DNA of 64,000 nt from Ignavibacteriota bacterium (GTDB taxonomy: Bacteria > Bacteroidota > Ignavibacteria > UBA10030 > UBA6906), in contig CAWDEM010000008.1 of NCBI GenBank assembly GCA_963801355.1, positions 672,001 through 736,000 of the forward strand. Reading direction: 5' to 3'. Below are positions 49,601 to 59,421 of this stretch, piece after piece. The translations under genes were made by a program, and so were the position numbers. The notes beneath the pieces were generated by a model. It ran no database searches. It was given only the letters and a program-made list of their open reading frames with translations, and was not told where the DNA came from. The stretch's first letter is position 1. Each line of letters opens with the position of its first letter.

Positions 49601-50060
49601 GCCACGTTGTGCCGTGCTTGTCGCACTGCCAGCAGATCGCCCGGTTGTGCGGAAGCCCGTTGGATGTGTCATAGAGAACGAATTTACCGCCGTCATACCG
49701 GAGGACTCCCGGAGCATAGCCTATCGGTCGCATCCATAATCCGCCTTCGGCGTCTTCGTTCAACCTGGTCATCCAGGGCGTGGGAAATTCTTTCGTATTC
49801 GTTCTGTCGAACACCGTGAACTCCACCCCGTCGAAGCGGGCAAGCCCTTCCTGAGTGGCGAACCAGATGTAGCCGTCCCGGGTCTGCGTCATGCTCGCAG
49901 CGGAATTCTGGGGCAGGCCGTCGTCAGCGTTCCAGATTTGGTGCACATACTGCTTGATCGATTTTCGCTGGGCCTGCCCAGACCCTGCCGTCATGCAAAG
50001 CAGAATGGCGACAAGACCGAAAATCCATGTCCGGCGTGGCACTCGTGAGGACTTGCGCAT
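46668..50060 (-). CDS. Sensor histidine kinase with two-component regulator propeller and Y_Y_Y domain
   Basis: Repeated ED..G.IWIGT blades, YKYRLVGLD...[36 protein letters not shown]. Start uncertain. Confidence 0.93.
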   Translation of the reverse strand: MRKSSRVPRRTWIFGLVAILLCMTAGSGQAQRKSIKQYVHQIWNADDGLPQNSAASMTQTRDGYIWFATQEGLARFDGVEFTVFDRTNTKEFPTPWMTRLNEDAEGGLWMRPIGYAPGVLRYDGGKFVLYDTSNGLPHNRAICWQCDKHGTTWLGTLGGLAEFKEGKFKTYTVSDGLPADTISTLGVDSNDNLWISTPRGLARLSAGKIEIMTGRKEFPDTVFRRLNPNSNCFEDRHGTLWMNSTTHLLAYRGGTVTRYDKKALLTNPTIQSFHEDARGTLWIATAGGLNAFVDGKFTKYNASADRDENNISLIQEDAEGSLWLATGKGIARFAGGKFERYQRSDGLSDNGVQDMLIDREGSVWVSTFGGGVDRFRDEKFVTYSSKVGLSEDNTEAVFEDHTGAIWIGTAFGALNRLQGGVITHSQNRKGPPLVDVRALGEDSEGTIWIGSSRGLYTLRNGTITPRSRTVNGEPDIRGNAFLLTRSGEWLIASRNQLLSYSRGKFIPIDTVGARENLTDPITTLFEDSRGTIWIGTESRMYWYKDGRLKRVGKEEGFDADWAMAFHEDADGAIWIGTGGQGTFRYKDGKFVGISPQQGLFDYNVYAILEDNAGYFWMSSNKGVSRVSKKQLNDVADGNAVSVTCTSYGAADGMESRECNGGFFPSGFKLRDGGICFSTTKGIVVVNPADIRMNQVPPPVVIDRFLVEGERQPANGQVRVPAGKSRFEFHYAGISFAGANEVHYKYRLVGLDDGWIDAGARRDAYYTHLDPGEYTFRVIAANSDGVWNETGASTSFVLSPYFYQTPWFIALVVIGFLTAGPSFYLYRTRNLKKHKAELEQLVQDRTGELQKTLDNLKETQKQLILSEKMASLGQLTAGIAHEIKNPLNFITNFSVLSHDLTKDLRRELAAECDRVDPSRAKEIEELLSDLEQNVGKINEHGKRADSIVRGMLLHSRGKSGERQETDLNALLAEYTNLAYHGMRAQDQSFNVKIETEFDPGVGKVNVVPQDLSRAFLNIVNNACYAAYEKKKTSQNGFAPIVRVTAKNLKESVEIRIRDNGNGIPDAIREKIFNPFFTTKPAGVGTGLGLSLSYDIITQEHKGGISVDSQEGQYTEFVITIPRLAMNGKGGA

Positions 50061-50365
50061 AGGATGTTGACTCTCGGGTAATGTGAATTGAATGCTGATT
50101 GTCGCTGAGATCGTATCTGGAATTAGGGGTTCAACTGATGCAAAAGTGACTGAGGGGGGAGGCGATTCGACTGGCCGCAATGCGTCCATTCGATCGAGTT
50201 CGGGGCAGTGGCCGGCCATCGGATCGCTCTCTATTTCAAAGTGAGCACAGGGAACAGCAATTACAGCATTTACCTCCAGGTATAACCCATGACTGACCAA
50301 ATAAGTTTCATACTTTTCAACTTTTCACTCGTTGGCCCCCGGCCGACCCGTCTGCATTTGTTCAA

Positions 50366-50394
50366 TTGACTTTTCTCAAAATACCTCATATTTT
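50366..50394 (+). promoter_or_regulatory. Putative sigma70 promoter for the sugar porter
   Basis: TTGACT-N17-TATTTT. Confidence 0.55.
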
Positions 50395-50425
50395 GAGCGT
50401 ATTCGACGAATTCGACGAGGGGAGC

Positions 50426-51802
50426 ATGGCCTTTCTTGGATGGATTTGCCTGGTCGCGTCACTCGGTGGTTTTCTCTTCGGGTATGACACCGCGGTGATT
50501 TCGGGGACATTCGAATTCGTGGAGCGGCAGTTCGGCCTCTCCAAGGTCGAAGTGGGGTGGTTCGGGAGTGCCGCACTGGTGGGTTGCATCATCGGCGCAG
50601 CGGCGGCGGGCTGGTTCGGCGACCGCTACGGGCGGAAGCCGGTCCTGATCATCGCCGGCGTCTTCTTCTTCGCTTCGGCTCTCTGGTGCACGATTCCCGA
50701 ATCGTTTGGCGGCCTGGTAACCGCCCGTGCGCTCGGAGGATTGGGTGTAGGAATGGCCTCAGTCCTGGCCCCGATGTATATCTCCGAGTTCGCACCACCG
50801 CGTGTGCGCGGACGCGTACTGGCGCTCTACCAGTTCGCGATCGGACTCGGAATACTGGCCGCCTACCTTGTGAACTACCTTCTCCTTACCAACGCTCAAG
50901 AGACAACAGCAGCAGGCCTGACGACCGGGGCATTCCACCGCATCTTCATCTCAGAAGTCTGGCGATCGATGTTCGGCATGGAAATGATTCCTGCCCTGAC
51001 GTTCACCATATTTCTCTTCTTCGTCCCTGAAAGTCCACGGTGGCTCGTGAAAGCAGGAAGAAAGCGGAAGGCATTTGCAGCGTTGAGCCGGATCGATGGT
51101 TCCGAGATCGCCGGCCGGGTTGTTGAAGAAATTGGAACTGCATTGAACCACCAGGAAGGCAGGCTACGCGAACTTTGTCGACCGGGGCTCAGGAGAGCGC
51201 TCGTGCTCGGGGTGGGATTGGCTTTTTTCGGTCAGCTTACAGGGGTCAATGCCGTGGTGTACTATGGTCCAACAATCCTCCGGGCGGCTGGTTTGGAGAG
51301 CGGAAGTGCGCTTCTGTATCAGGTTGCTCTCGGGAGCATCGGGCTGCTCTTCACTTTTGTTGCAAGCATGAAGATGGACAGCTGGGGACGACGGCCGCTC
51401 CTGGTTGGAGGCATGGTCTTCGTCACGCTCGCCATGACAGCAACGGCCGTCCTGGTGCATGCGGGCGCCCCGGCCATCTGGATCGTCGTTCTCCTTGGCA
51501 TCTACATGGCCTGTCTCGCGCTTTCGATCTGCTCTGTCATCTGGGTGCTCACGCCGGAGATATTTCCCACACGCGTCCGGGGCCGGGCCTCCTCTATCGC
51601 AACGTTTACGACCTGGAGCACAAACGCGTTGGTCGCATTCGCTTTTCCCTGGTACGTTGACCGGCTCGGCATCGATGGCGGTTTCTTCACATTCGCCGCC
51701 ATTTGCGCCGTAGCCACCGTGTTCTTCTGGAAGATCACCCCTGAAACTCGCGGGAGGAGCCTGGAGGAGATCGAGAAGGAGTTCGCCGGGATCCCCTATT
51801 GA
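50426..51802 (+). CDS. Sugar porter family MFS transporter (XylE/AraE-like)
   Basis: GGFLFGYDTAVISG, DRYGRK, PMYISE, PESPRW, PETRG; GGGGAG RBS before ATG 50426. Confidence 0.93.
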   Translation: MAFLGWICLVASLGGFLFGYDTAVISGTFEFVERQFGLSKVEVGWFGSAALVGCIIGAAAAGWFGDRYGRKPVLIIAGVFFFASALWCTIPESFGGLVTARALGGLGVGMASVLAPMYISEFAPPRVRGRVLALYQFAIGLGILAAYLVNYLLLTNAQETTAAGLTTGAFHRIFISEVWRSMFGMEMIPALTFTIFLFFVPESPRWLVKAGRKRKAFAALSRIDGSEIAGRVVEEIGTALNHQEGRLRELCRPGLRRALVLGVGLAFFGQLTGVNAVVYYGPTILRAAGLESGSALLYQVALGSIGLLFTFVASMKMDSWGRRPLLVGGMVFVTLAMTATAVLVHAGAPAIWIVVLLGIYMACLALSICSVIWVLTPEIFPTRVRGRASSIATFTTWSTNALVAFAFPWYVDRLGIDGGFFTFAAICAVATVFFWKITPETRGRSLEEIEKEFAGIPY

Positions 51803-52626
51803 GGATATCGCCCCGAGACGCGCAGGTACCCTTCGAGAAGAGCCCTGGCAAGAGCGTTTTTATGTTTCCTGTAGTAGCGGAGCTGCGAGGTCCGATACAC
51901 GCGTGACTTGCCGCTCGGGACTTCCTCGGATCCGCCGTGGCCGTGATCGTGGATCACAGTAAACGAAGGGTCAAAACCTACTTTGTATCCTGCCTTGGCC
52001 AGGCGTTTGCAGAGGTCGGAATCTTCAAAGTACAGGTAGTATCCATCGTCGAAGCCGCCAACCTCTGAAAATGCATCCCGCCGGACAAGAAGCGCTCCAC
52101 CCGTCGCCCAATCCACCCATTTTGCCTGCTCAAAACGTCGCTTGATGGCCTTTCGAACAATTGCCGACTTGCTACTGAGGATCCTCTCAGATTTCAAACG
52201 GGCTTCGTTCAAGAGTCCCGGGAACCTGTCGTAGGAAAACTCGGGCTGACCTTTTGTGGTGACGAGGAGAGGACTCAACGCTGCCGTGGTTTTTTCGCGC
52301 AGAAGCCTGTCCGCGAATGCGGGCAGCGATCCGCCTCTGAACCGGCAGTCGGGATTCAAGAAGAACAGAACCTCCCCATCGGAATTCCTGGCCCCGTGGT
52401 TGCATCCGTCCCCGAAGCCTTTGTTCTGCGGGTATTCAATAATGCGCACTCCATCGAAGCTCCGGGGAAGCTTGAGGCGTTCGGAGAGTGCGGGTTCCGC
52501 AGGAGAATGATCGATAATGATCCATTCGACCTCGGGCAGCGCGCCCAGGGTTTCTGCGGAATCAAGTAACCTTTGCAGAACCTCCGTGCATTTATAGTGA
52601 ATCGTGACGATGCTCAGCTTGTGCAT
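51796..52626 (-). CDS. Glycosyltransferase family 2 (WbbL-like)
   Basis: NKGFG..CN.G, LNPD, GGFDDGYYLYFEDSDLC. Confidence 0.9.
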   Translation of the reverse strand: MHKLSIVTIHYKCTEVLQRLLDSAETLGALPEVEWIIIDHSPAEPALSERLKLPRSFDGVRIIEYPQNKGFGDGCNHGARNSDGEVLFFLNPDCRFRGGSLPAFADRLLREKTTAALSPLLVTTKGQPEFSYDRFPGLLNEARLKSERILSSKSAIVRKAIKRRFEQAKWVDWATGGALLVRRDAFSEVGGFDDGYYLYFEDSDLCKRLAKAGYKVGFDPSFTVIHDHGHGGSEEVPSGKSRVYRTSQLRYYRKHKNALARALLEGYLRVSGRYPQ

Positions 52627-52680
52627 GATACAGGCTCCGGATTCGGGGTGTAGCTGCTGACCTCGTTGTGACGGGGGAAC

Positions 52681-53667
52681 TCATTTCCAGGATACAGGGA
52701 GATTGCGTTCGATCTCAATATTTCCGAACGGCTTGCTTTCTTTCGCGCCTGCTGCTCTCGCCCACGTTGCCATCCGGCGCAGTCCCTCGTCGAGGCTCAC
52801 CGGGTTGGATTGGCCGAACCGTTTTCGAACTTTTGCGTGATCGGAGAAGGCATGAAGTACCTCATTTCGCGGATCAAGATGCCTCAACTCCGGTTTCACA
52901 CCCATGGCAACGGCAACTTTCTCCGCAAGGGTCTTGACCGAGTACGGCGTGTCTGCACCGATGTTGTAGGTGGTGTTCCAGGATTCCGGTAATGCAATGC
53001 TCCTGGCGATCACCGGGGCGACATCGGCGATGTGGGTAAATGCGCGAGTCTGGGTCCCATCGCCGAAAACGGTCATGGGCTTGCCCTGCATGATCTGGTT
53101 CATGAAAATGCCGATGACGTTCCGGTACTTATCACCGATGTTCTGCCGCTCGCCGTACACGTTGTGCGGGCGGAAGATCACGTAGTTCAATCCAAACATC
53201 CGGTGAGTGACTTCCAGTTCTCTTTCGACGGCAAGCTTTGCGATCCCGTAAGAGTCTTCCGGTTCGGGCACCATGGTTTCGGTGAGAGGACTCTGTCCCA
53301 CCCCGTACACGGCGATCGAAGAAGTGAAGACGAAGCAGCGCGAGCGATTATTCACTGCTGCATTGATAAGGTTGACACTTCCTACCAGATTATTTTCGTA
53401 GTTGAACCTCTTGATGAAATGGCTGAGTCCCTCGGCGGCATACGCTGCAAGATGGAAGACCCCTTCATAGCGATCTGCAGCAAAAAGGCGATTTATCAGA
53501 TGCACGTCCGTAATGGAGCCCTCGACAAACGTAGCGCGCGCGGGCACGTTTTCCAGGAAACCGCCGCTCAAATCGTCCAGAACAACAACTTCGTGTCCGG
53601 CTGCCAGCAGGGCATCGGCGACATGTGAACCGATAAAACCCGCACCGCCTGTGACAAGGCATCTCAT
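52681..53667 (-). CDS. NAD-dependent epimerase/dehydratase
   Basis: TGGAGFIGSH, YGIAK, RPHNVYG. Start ATG 53667 or TTG 53673. Confidence 0.93.
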   Translation of the reverse strand: MRCLVTGGAGFIGSHVADALLAAGHEVVVLDDLSGGFLENVPARATFVEGSITDVHLINRLFAADRYEGVFHLAAYAAEGLSHFIKRFNYENNLVGSVNLINAAVNNRSRCFVFTSSIAVYGVGQSPLTETMVPEPEDSYGIAKLAVERELEVTHRMFGLNYVIFRPHNVYGERQNIGDKYRNVIGIFMNQIMQGKPMTVFGDGTQTRAFTHIADVAPVIARSIALPESWNTTYNIGADTPYSVKTLAEKVAVAMGVKPELRHLDPRNEVLHAFSDHAKVRKRFGQSNPVSLDEGLRRMATWARAAGAKESKPFGNIEIERNLPVSWK

Positions 53668-53949
53668 GCGCAATACAACTCCTTTCGTGACCCCCAGGGC
53701 GAGAGAGAACAGCTTGAGGGCCTAATCTATCAATATATTACCCCGTAATCCAGTGGGGCCATCACGATCATGACAAGGACCACGCCCGACGGTCATTTTT
53801 CCCTCCCCCCCGGGGCGACGCATACTGCGGCTTGTGACCACACTTCGGATGTTGCGCAAGGGGTTGCACAGATGGGCAATATTGGACACCGGAAGTCCAC
53901 AATCTGACCGGGCGTAACCGAATTCAGCGCATTGAGATATCGTCCTAAA

Positions 53950-53966
53950 CTGGCCGAAGATTTGCA
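53950..53966 (+). promoter_or_regulatory. Putative sigma54 (-24/-12) promoter
   Basis: CTGGCCGAAGATTTGCA: GG-N10-GC in a TGGC/TTGCA context, 54 nt upstream of ATG 54020. Confidence 0.5.
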
Positions 53967-54019
53967 TAGTTTTTCCCAAGTCATCCAGACGGATGAGCAC
54001 CAATAACAGGGAGACTCAT

Positions 54020-55558
54020 ATGCGTATTTGCACTGTCGTTCTATTCCTGCTGATAGCTTCCATCGCTTTCGGGCAGGTAAGCGTCATAAGCACCACGCCG
54101 GCGAACGCCACCACTGGTGTTCCTCTCACAACCACTGTCAGTGTGACATTCAGCGGCGCAATCGATACAACGCAATCGTTCGACATTGGCGACAACTTCT
54201 TCACAAACGTCACCACCGCACCCGCCCAGTGGTGGAGCGCCGACCGTCGGACGATATCCTTCTCGGTGGTTCTCCAGCCCTCGACCGTCTATTTTCTCCT
54301 GATCCACAGTGTGAAGCCTGCTGCCGGCGGGGGATTCCCCGTCCCGTACTGCTTCTACTGGACCACCTCGGCGGCATTCCCCACGAATCTTCACAGTGTG
54401 AGTGGAATGATTCAGAGCGGCGGGAGTCCTGTCACGCCCGACAACGCCATTGTCGGACTTGCAGCGACCCCATTTTCGGGTGGCTCCCCCCCTGACTTCA
54501 TCGGCGGAGCAGTGACAAATTCCCTCGGACAGTTCACCATTCCGTATATTCCCGATGGGACATGGTATCCGATTGCTGCGAAGGACGCAGACTTGAACGG
54601 TGAGATTGACCCGGGAACGGGAGATCCAATTGCTTTCGGCTCGAGCGTTACGGTGAGCGGAACCAACGTTACCGGCCTCATCTTGCAGTTCCTTTCATTC
54701 GAGCCGCTCCGTTTCGCGGCAGCGCGCGACTCGATTTCTGCTATGGCAGCAGCGCTTCTCCCCGCAAATCGTGAGCTCCGTCAATTCAACGCCTGGCAGG
54801 TAGATACCACCGGAGCTGCGAAGGAATTCGATGGCATTTACACAGTCCCCGGAAGCCGGCTCACCGCTCAGATCTGGCTTCAAACGTTCGGGGCACAGGC
54901 CGAGACTACGTCGTTCGGGGACGAGTGGACCTACCAACTTCGGCCCTACACAGGCCTCGCCTCAGCGGCCTTGCTGGATTCGGTCGTTGCGCGCGCGGAG
55001 CGCACGGGAGGAAAGGAGTTTCGCAGACAGGTCCCTCCAGACGCTAACAGCTACTTTGTTGCCTATGCCCGGCTCGGTGCACTCCACAGAACGGAATTTA
55101 ACTGGCTGATTTCCGATACCAGCCAGTACTACTGGGCGCTACAATACTTATTCCAGATACAGGTCACGCAGGACAGCGGCTACTCGGTGGCAAGCAAAAT
55201 CTGGCTCGCGAGCGCCACGACGGGACAGATCCTCCTCGCGACCGATGTTGAACAGCAGGCCGAGCCCGCCATCCCGACAACGTACACGCTCGGGCAGAAT
55301 TATCCAAATCCGTTCAACCCGGCCACGACGATCACCTTCTCCGTCCCGACAGAAAGCCGCGTGTCGATCGAAGTGTTCAACGTGCTCGGGGAAAAGGTAG
55401 CAACGCTTCTGGACGATGTCCGAACAGCGGGAAGCCATCAGACCGTATGGAAGGCTCAGGTTCCCTCCGGCATCTACTTCTACCGGATGGACGCCGCCGG
55501 AACCGACGCGCCATCACAGCATTTCACGCAGGTGCGCAAAATGATGCTCGTCCGCTGA
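54020..55558 (+). CDS. T9SS type A sorting domain-containing protein with Ig-like domain
   Basis: Signal peptide; STTPANATTGV...VTFS Big_5-like domain; NYPNPFNP...SGIYFYR...KMMLVR CTD. Confidence 0.88.
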   Translation: MRICTVVLFLLIASIAFGQVSVISTTPANATTGVPLTTTVSVTFSGAIDTTQSFDIGDNFFTNVTTAPAQWWSADRRTISFSVVLQPSTVYFLLIHSVKPAAGGGFPVPYCFYWTTSAAFPTNLHSVSGMIQSGGSPVTPDNAIVGLAATPFSGGSPPDFIGGAVTNSLGQFTIPYIPDGTWYPIAAKDADLNGEIDPGTGDPIAFGSSVTVSGTNVTGLILQFLSFEPLRFAAARDSISAMAAALLPANRELRQFNAWQVDTTGAAKEFDGIYTVPGSRLTAQIWLQTFGAQAETTSFGDEWTYQLRPYTGLASAALLDSVVARAERTGGKEFRRQVPPDANSYFVAYARLGALHRTEFNWLISDTSQYYWALQYLFQIQVTQDSGYSVASKIWLASATTGQILLATDVEQQAEPAIPTTYTLGQNYPNPFNPATTITFSVPTESRVSIEVFNVLGEKVATLLDDVRTAGSHQTVWKAQVPSGIYFYRMDAAGTDAPSQHFTQVRKMMLVR

Positions 55559-55584
55559 TCGCCGGCCTACACCCGATTTCACCG

Positions 55585-55618
55585 GAGGCCCGCACAAACT
55601 GTGGGCCTCTTTTTTTTT
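55585..55618 (+). terminator. Rho-independent terminator
   Basis: gaggcccgca-caaac-tgtgggcctc followed by T9. Confidence 0.88.
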
Positions 55619-55620
55619 GT

Positions 55621-55649
55621 TTGATTCTCGCGTGCCTCTCCCCTATCTT
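55621..55649 (+). promoter_or_regulatory. Putative sigma70 promoter for the molybdoenzyme operon
   Basis: TTGATT-N17-TATCTT. Confidence 0.5.
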
Positions 55650-55739
55650 ACTGCCGCGCCACTGATTTCCCGCGCTGTTGGACAGTTTACACCCGAGGGG
55701 TGCACGACAGTTCCGTCCGATTCTCGAGAGGAGATGATC

Positions 55740-56216
55740 ATGGAGGAGACACTCCGGTTCAAGCTCAATGGCAAGCAGGTCTCTATAACCGTGGATAGTG
55801 ACCGCATGCTCCTGTGGGTGCTGCGGACTAACCTTGGATTGACAGGGACCAAATACGGATGCGGACAGAGCCAGTGCGGCGCCTGCACGGTTCTTGTCGA
55901 CAACAAGGCGGTCCGTTCGTGTATGACACCCGTGAAAGACGTCAGGGGCAAAGAAGTGATTACCATCGAAGGATTGGGAGGCGGCGGGACGTTACACCCT
56001 CTGCAGAAGGCGTTTATGGAGACCGACGCACTCCAGTGCGGATACTGCACGCCAGGCATGATCATGAACGCGTATGCGTTCCTTCGCAGGAAGCCTCACC
56101 CCACACCAGACGATATTGTCGGGGCGATGGACGATAACCTCTGCCGTTGCGGGGCTCATACACGCATTGTTCAGGCGATTCAGGACGCAGCCTCAGAAAT
56201 GAGAGGAGGATCCTGA
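55740..56216 (+). CDS. (2Fe-2S)-binding subunit, IorA/CoxS-like
   Basis: GTKYGCGQSQCGACT, QCGYCTPG, NLCRCG. Confidence 0.95.
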   Translation: MEETLRFKLNGKQVSITVDSDRMLLWVLRTNLGLTGTKYGCGQSQCGACTVLVDNKAVRSCMTPVKDVRGKEVITIEGLGGGGTLHPLQKAFMETDALQCGYCTPGMIMNAYAFLRRKPHPTPDDIVGAMDDNLCRCGAHTRIVQAIQDAASEMRGGS

Positions 56217-56217
56217 G

Positions 56218-58377
56218 ATGAACGAGATCCCTGGTTCTGGAAACGGCGAGTTCACAGACGATCGTGGCATCAGCCGGCGGGATTTTCTGAAAGTGACAGG
56301 CAGCGGTCTGTTCCTCTACTTCACCATTGGAGAAGTGCCGTTGATTCAGCAGGAGGTCCAGAGTCGGAGGGCCTCACCGGGATTGCCGTCGGATTTCAAT
56401 GCCTTTCTCAAAATCGGAGAGGACGGGCGCGTTACCTGCTACACCGGAAAAATTGAGATGGGTCAGGGTGCGATTACCTCGCTCGCTCAAGAACTTGCGG
56501 ACGAATTGGATGTTGCTCTCGACGCCGTGGATATGGTCATGGGGGACACCGATCTCTGTCCTTACGACATGGGGACGTTTGGATCGATGACGACGCGCTT
56601 CTTCGGCCCCCCTCTCCGCAACGCCGGCGCACAGGCACGACAGGTATTGCTCCAGCTGGCTTCCGAGAGCCTCAAGGTTCCAGTCACGAATCTCGCAGTA
56701 GAAAGCGGAGTGGTGTTCGACAAAACCAGCACCGCCCGCCGCGTGTCGTATGGCCAGCTTACCCGGGGAAGACGAATTGAGCGACACCTTACTGAGCCAG
56801 CGGTCACCAAGAAGCCAGCCGACTTCAAGATCATGGGGAAGCCGGCGCTCCGGAGAGATGCGAGGGCGAAGGTAACCGGCGGCGCGAAATACACCGGTGA
56901 CATTCAATTGCCCGGGATGGTCTATGCGAAGCTGCTGCGACCTCCTGCGCACGATTCGAAAATGCTTGACGTAGACCTTTCTGAAGCTAAGAAGGTCCCA
57001 GGAATAGAGATCATTCAGCAGGGGGATTTCGTGGCAGTGTTGCACAAGTACCCGGATGTCGCGGAGGACGCCCTGTCGAAGATCAGAGCGAAATTCGAGA
57101 CCCCACAATCGAATCTTGACGACACCACCATTTTTGACCATTTGCTGAAAGTGGCGCCTGAGGGGAAAATTGTGGCGCAGGGTGGAAATGTGCAGGAGGG
57201 AGAGCGTGCAGCCAATGCAGTCTTTGAAGAGACCTATCTCGATGGATACAAGGCGCATGCGCCTATTGAACCGCACACTGCAGTCGTGAAGATCGAAGAC
57301 AACAAGGCCACCGTCTGGGCCTCTACACAAACACCCTTCGGTGCCAGAGATGAAGTAGCGAAGGAACTTGGCATCGCACCGGAGAATGTGAGAATCATCC
57401 CGCCCTTCGTGGGTGGCGGGTTCGGTGGGAAGACAACAAACCTGCAGATTGGTGAAGCTGCCCGTTGCGCGAGACTCTGCGGGAAACCCGTGCAGGTTGC
57501 CTGGTCAAGGAAAGAGGAATTCTTCTTCGATTCGTTCCGGCCCGCCGCGGTGGTCAAGATACGATCCGGCCTGGGGGCCGGGGGGACCATTGCTTTCTGG
57601 GACTATGGAGTCTACTTTGCGGGCGAACGGGGGTCCCAGCATTTCTATGCGATCCCCCACCACAAGACCGTGGCCTACAATTCAAGCTGGGGAGGAGCCA
57701 AGGGAGCGCACCCGTTCTCCACCGGACCCTGGCGTGCGCCGGCGAATAACACCAACACGTTTGCCCGCGAGAGTCACATTGACACGATAGCAGCAAAAGC
57801 AGGTATCGACCCCGTTGAATTCCGTCTCCGCAATTTCGCAGACGCCAAAATGAAACGCGTCCTTGAGGCGGCAGCTGAGAAAGCCGGATGGAAACCAGCG
57901 AAAGCACCGAGCGGCAGAGGATTTGGTGTGGCCTGTGGAATTGATGCCGGAACATACGTGGCTGCGATCGCTGAAGTGGATGTCGACAGAGCCACGGGCC
58001 GGGTAAAAACCAAGAGGGTCGTCTGTGCACAGGATATGGGTCAGGTGATCAATCCGGAAGGTGCCGCCATCCAGATGGAAGGGTGCATTACGATGGGGCT
58101 CGGCTATTCCCTGACCGAAGATATCCGCTTCAAAGGCAGAGCGGTACTTGACGAGAATTTCGACACATACCAGATTCCCAGGTTTTCCTGGCTGCCCAAG
58201 ATAGAGACGGTGATCCTTGACCGGAAGGATGACCCGCCTCAAGGCGGAGGTGAGCCGGCAATCGTCGTGATGGGAGCAATCATTGGGAATGCGATCTATG
58301 ATGCAGTCGGGGTACGGCTGCATCAGTTGCCGATGAACCCCGGGAGGGTCAAAGAAGCGCTGAATCGGGGTCAGTAA
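56218..58377 (+). CDS. Xanthine dehydrogenase family molybdopterin-binding subunit (IorB-like), Tat signal
   Basis: SRRDFLK; EMGQG, GGGFGGK, WRAP, QMEG, GGGEP. Confidence 0.92.
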   Translation: MNEIPGSGNGEFTDDRGISRRDFLKVTGSGLFLYFTIGEVPLIQQEVQSRRASPGLPSDFNAFLKIGEDGRVTCYTGKIEMGQGAITSLAQELADELDVALDAVDMVMGDTDLCPYDMGTFGSMTTRFFGPPLRNAGAQARQVLLQLASESLKVPVTNLAVESGVVFDKTSTARRVSYGQLTRGRRIERHLTEPAVTKKPADFKIMGKPALRRDARAKVTGGAKYTGDIQLPGMVYAKLLRPPAHDSKMLDVDLSEAKKVPGIEIIQQGDFVAVLHKYPDVAEDALSKIRAKFETPQSNLDDTTIFDHLLKVAPEGKIVAQGGNVQEGERAANAVFEETYLDGYKAHAPIEPHTAVVKIEDNKATVWASTQTPFGARDEVAKELGIAPENVRIIPPFVGGGFGGKTTNLQIGEAARCARLCGKPVQVAWSRKEEFFFDSFRPAAVVKIRSGLGAGGTIAFWDYGVYFAGERGSQHFYAIPHHKTVAYNSSWGGAKGAHPFSTGPWRAPANNTNTFARESHIDTIAAKAGIDPVEFRLRNFADAKMKRVLEAAAEKAGWKPAKAPSGRGFGVACGIDAGTYVAAIAEVDVDRATGRVKTKRVVCAQDMGQVINPEGAAIQMEGCITMGLGYSLTEDIRFKGRAVLDENFDTYQIPRFSWLPKIETVILDRKDDPPQGGGEPAIVVMGAIIGNAIYDAVGVRLHQLPMNPGRVKEALNRGQ

Positions 58378-58427
58378 ACCGTCGCTCGCTCGGCGTCGAC
58401 GATTACCGGAGCCGGACCGGCTAACCG

Positions 58428-59384
58428 CTACAAGGGGAAGAGCGGTTGCAGACCGCGTGTACCGGCAAGGATTTCCACCCTCTCCTCCGGCGTGAGTGGG
58501 ACAAACTCCGTGGCGAGGGTCAGGGCAAGGTTATAAAGGTTGAGGTCTCCCGGCGGGATCGCAGCAGTCACATCCTCACTCAACGTGAACCGCACTGCCG
58601 CGCGAGCTGTTTCCGGGTCATCGATCGGTTCGTACCAGGCTTTCGGATATGTTTTTCTGGCTCCCTCCGGCAGGGGGCCGCGTGCGAGCATCTTCAACGC
58701 TAGCCGTGCAACTCCCTTCTTCTTTGCGGCCTCCATGACGGCCGGTCCGAAGTTTCCCTGCGCATAACACACCATGTTGAATGGGAAGAGCACGGAATCA
58801 AACGGGAAGCGGTCCATCATTGCAAGCGCTGCGGTTTCGGAGTGAGCGGAGAAGCCGATATACCTGATCATCCCGGCATCGCGTGATCTCAGCACTGTTT
58901 CCATCGCACCGCCTGCAGCAAATATCTGCTCCACGTCTTCCGCTTTCGTGACGGCATGAAACTGATACAGATCGAAGTGATCTGTGTGAAGTCGCTTGAG
59001 TGAGTGCGCAAGTTCCGCTTGCGACCCGGCCGCACTTCTCTCCGTTGTCTTGCAGGCGAGGAAGACGTCCTTCCGGTAAGGTTCGAGCGCCGGTCCGAGC
59101 TTTTCTTCGGCCTCCCCCCGGCCGTAGGATGGCGCCACGTCAAAGTAATTCACACCGTGCTCGATCGATTGCGCAACAACGTGGTTTGCGTCACGCTGCT
59201 GCATACCCATGAGCACAATCCCCCCGCACCCGATGACAGAAAGCTCGACGCCGTCTCTGTAACGGCGTTTCGGCAAAGGTTTCTCTGCGGTGGATTTCAT
59301 CATCGCGTTCACGAGGTTGTTCCTGTTAGCCCGTCCAAAGATGACCGCCAGCAAAGAGCCGGTCAGAAAATGTCGGCGTTTCAT
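58428..59384 (-). CDS. Aldo/keto reductase with twin-arginine-like leader
   Basis: KRRHFL; FDVAPSYG, LACKT, DLYQFH, IGFSAH. Confidence 0.9.
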   Translation of the reverse strand: MKRRHFLTGSLLAVIFGRANRNNLVNAMMKSTAEKPLPKRRYRDGVELSVIGCGGIVLMGMQQRDANHVVAQSIEHGVNYFDVAPSYGRGEAEEKLGPALEPYRKDVFLACKTTERSAAGSQAELAHSLKRLHTDHFDLYQFHAVTKAEDVEQIFAAGGAMETVLRSRDAGMIRYIGFSAHSETAALAMMDRFPFDSVLFPFNMVCYAQGNFGPAVMEAAKKKGVARLALKMLARGPLPEGARKTYPKAWYEPIDDPETARAAVRFTLSEDVTAAIPPGDLNLYNLALTLATEFVPLTPEERVEILAGTRGLQPLFPL

Positions 59385-59421
59385 AGACTTTTCGGGGACA
59401 GACCCCGCCTCCATTGTAACT

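Noticed and set aside
50061-50300. 80-aa N-terminal extension of the sensor kinase
   Set aside because: The signal-peptide-like segment begins at MRKSSR (50060); upstream looks intergenic.
50306-50330. tttcatac ttttcaac ttttcac micro-repeat
   Set aside because: Only three irregular AT-rich units; could be chance.
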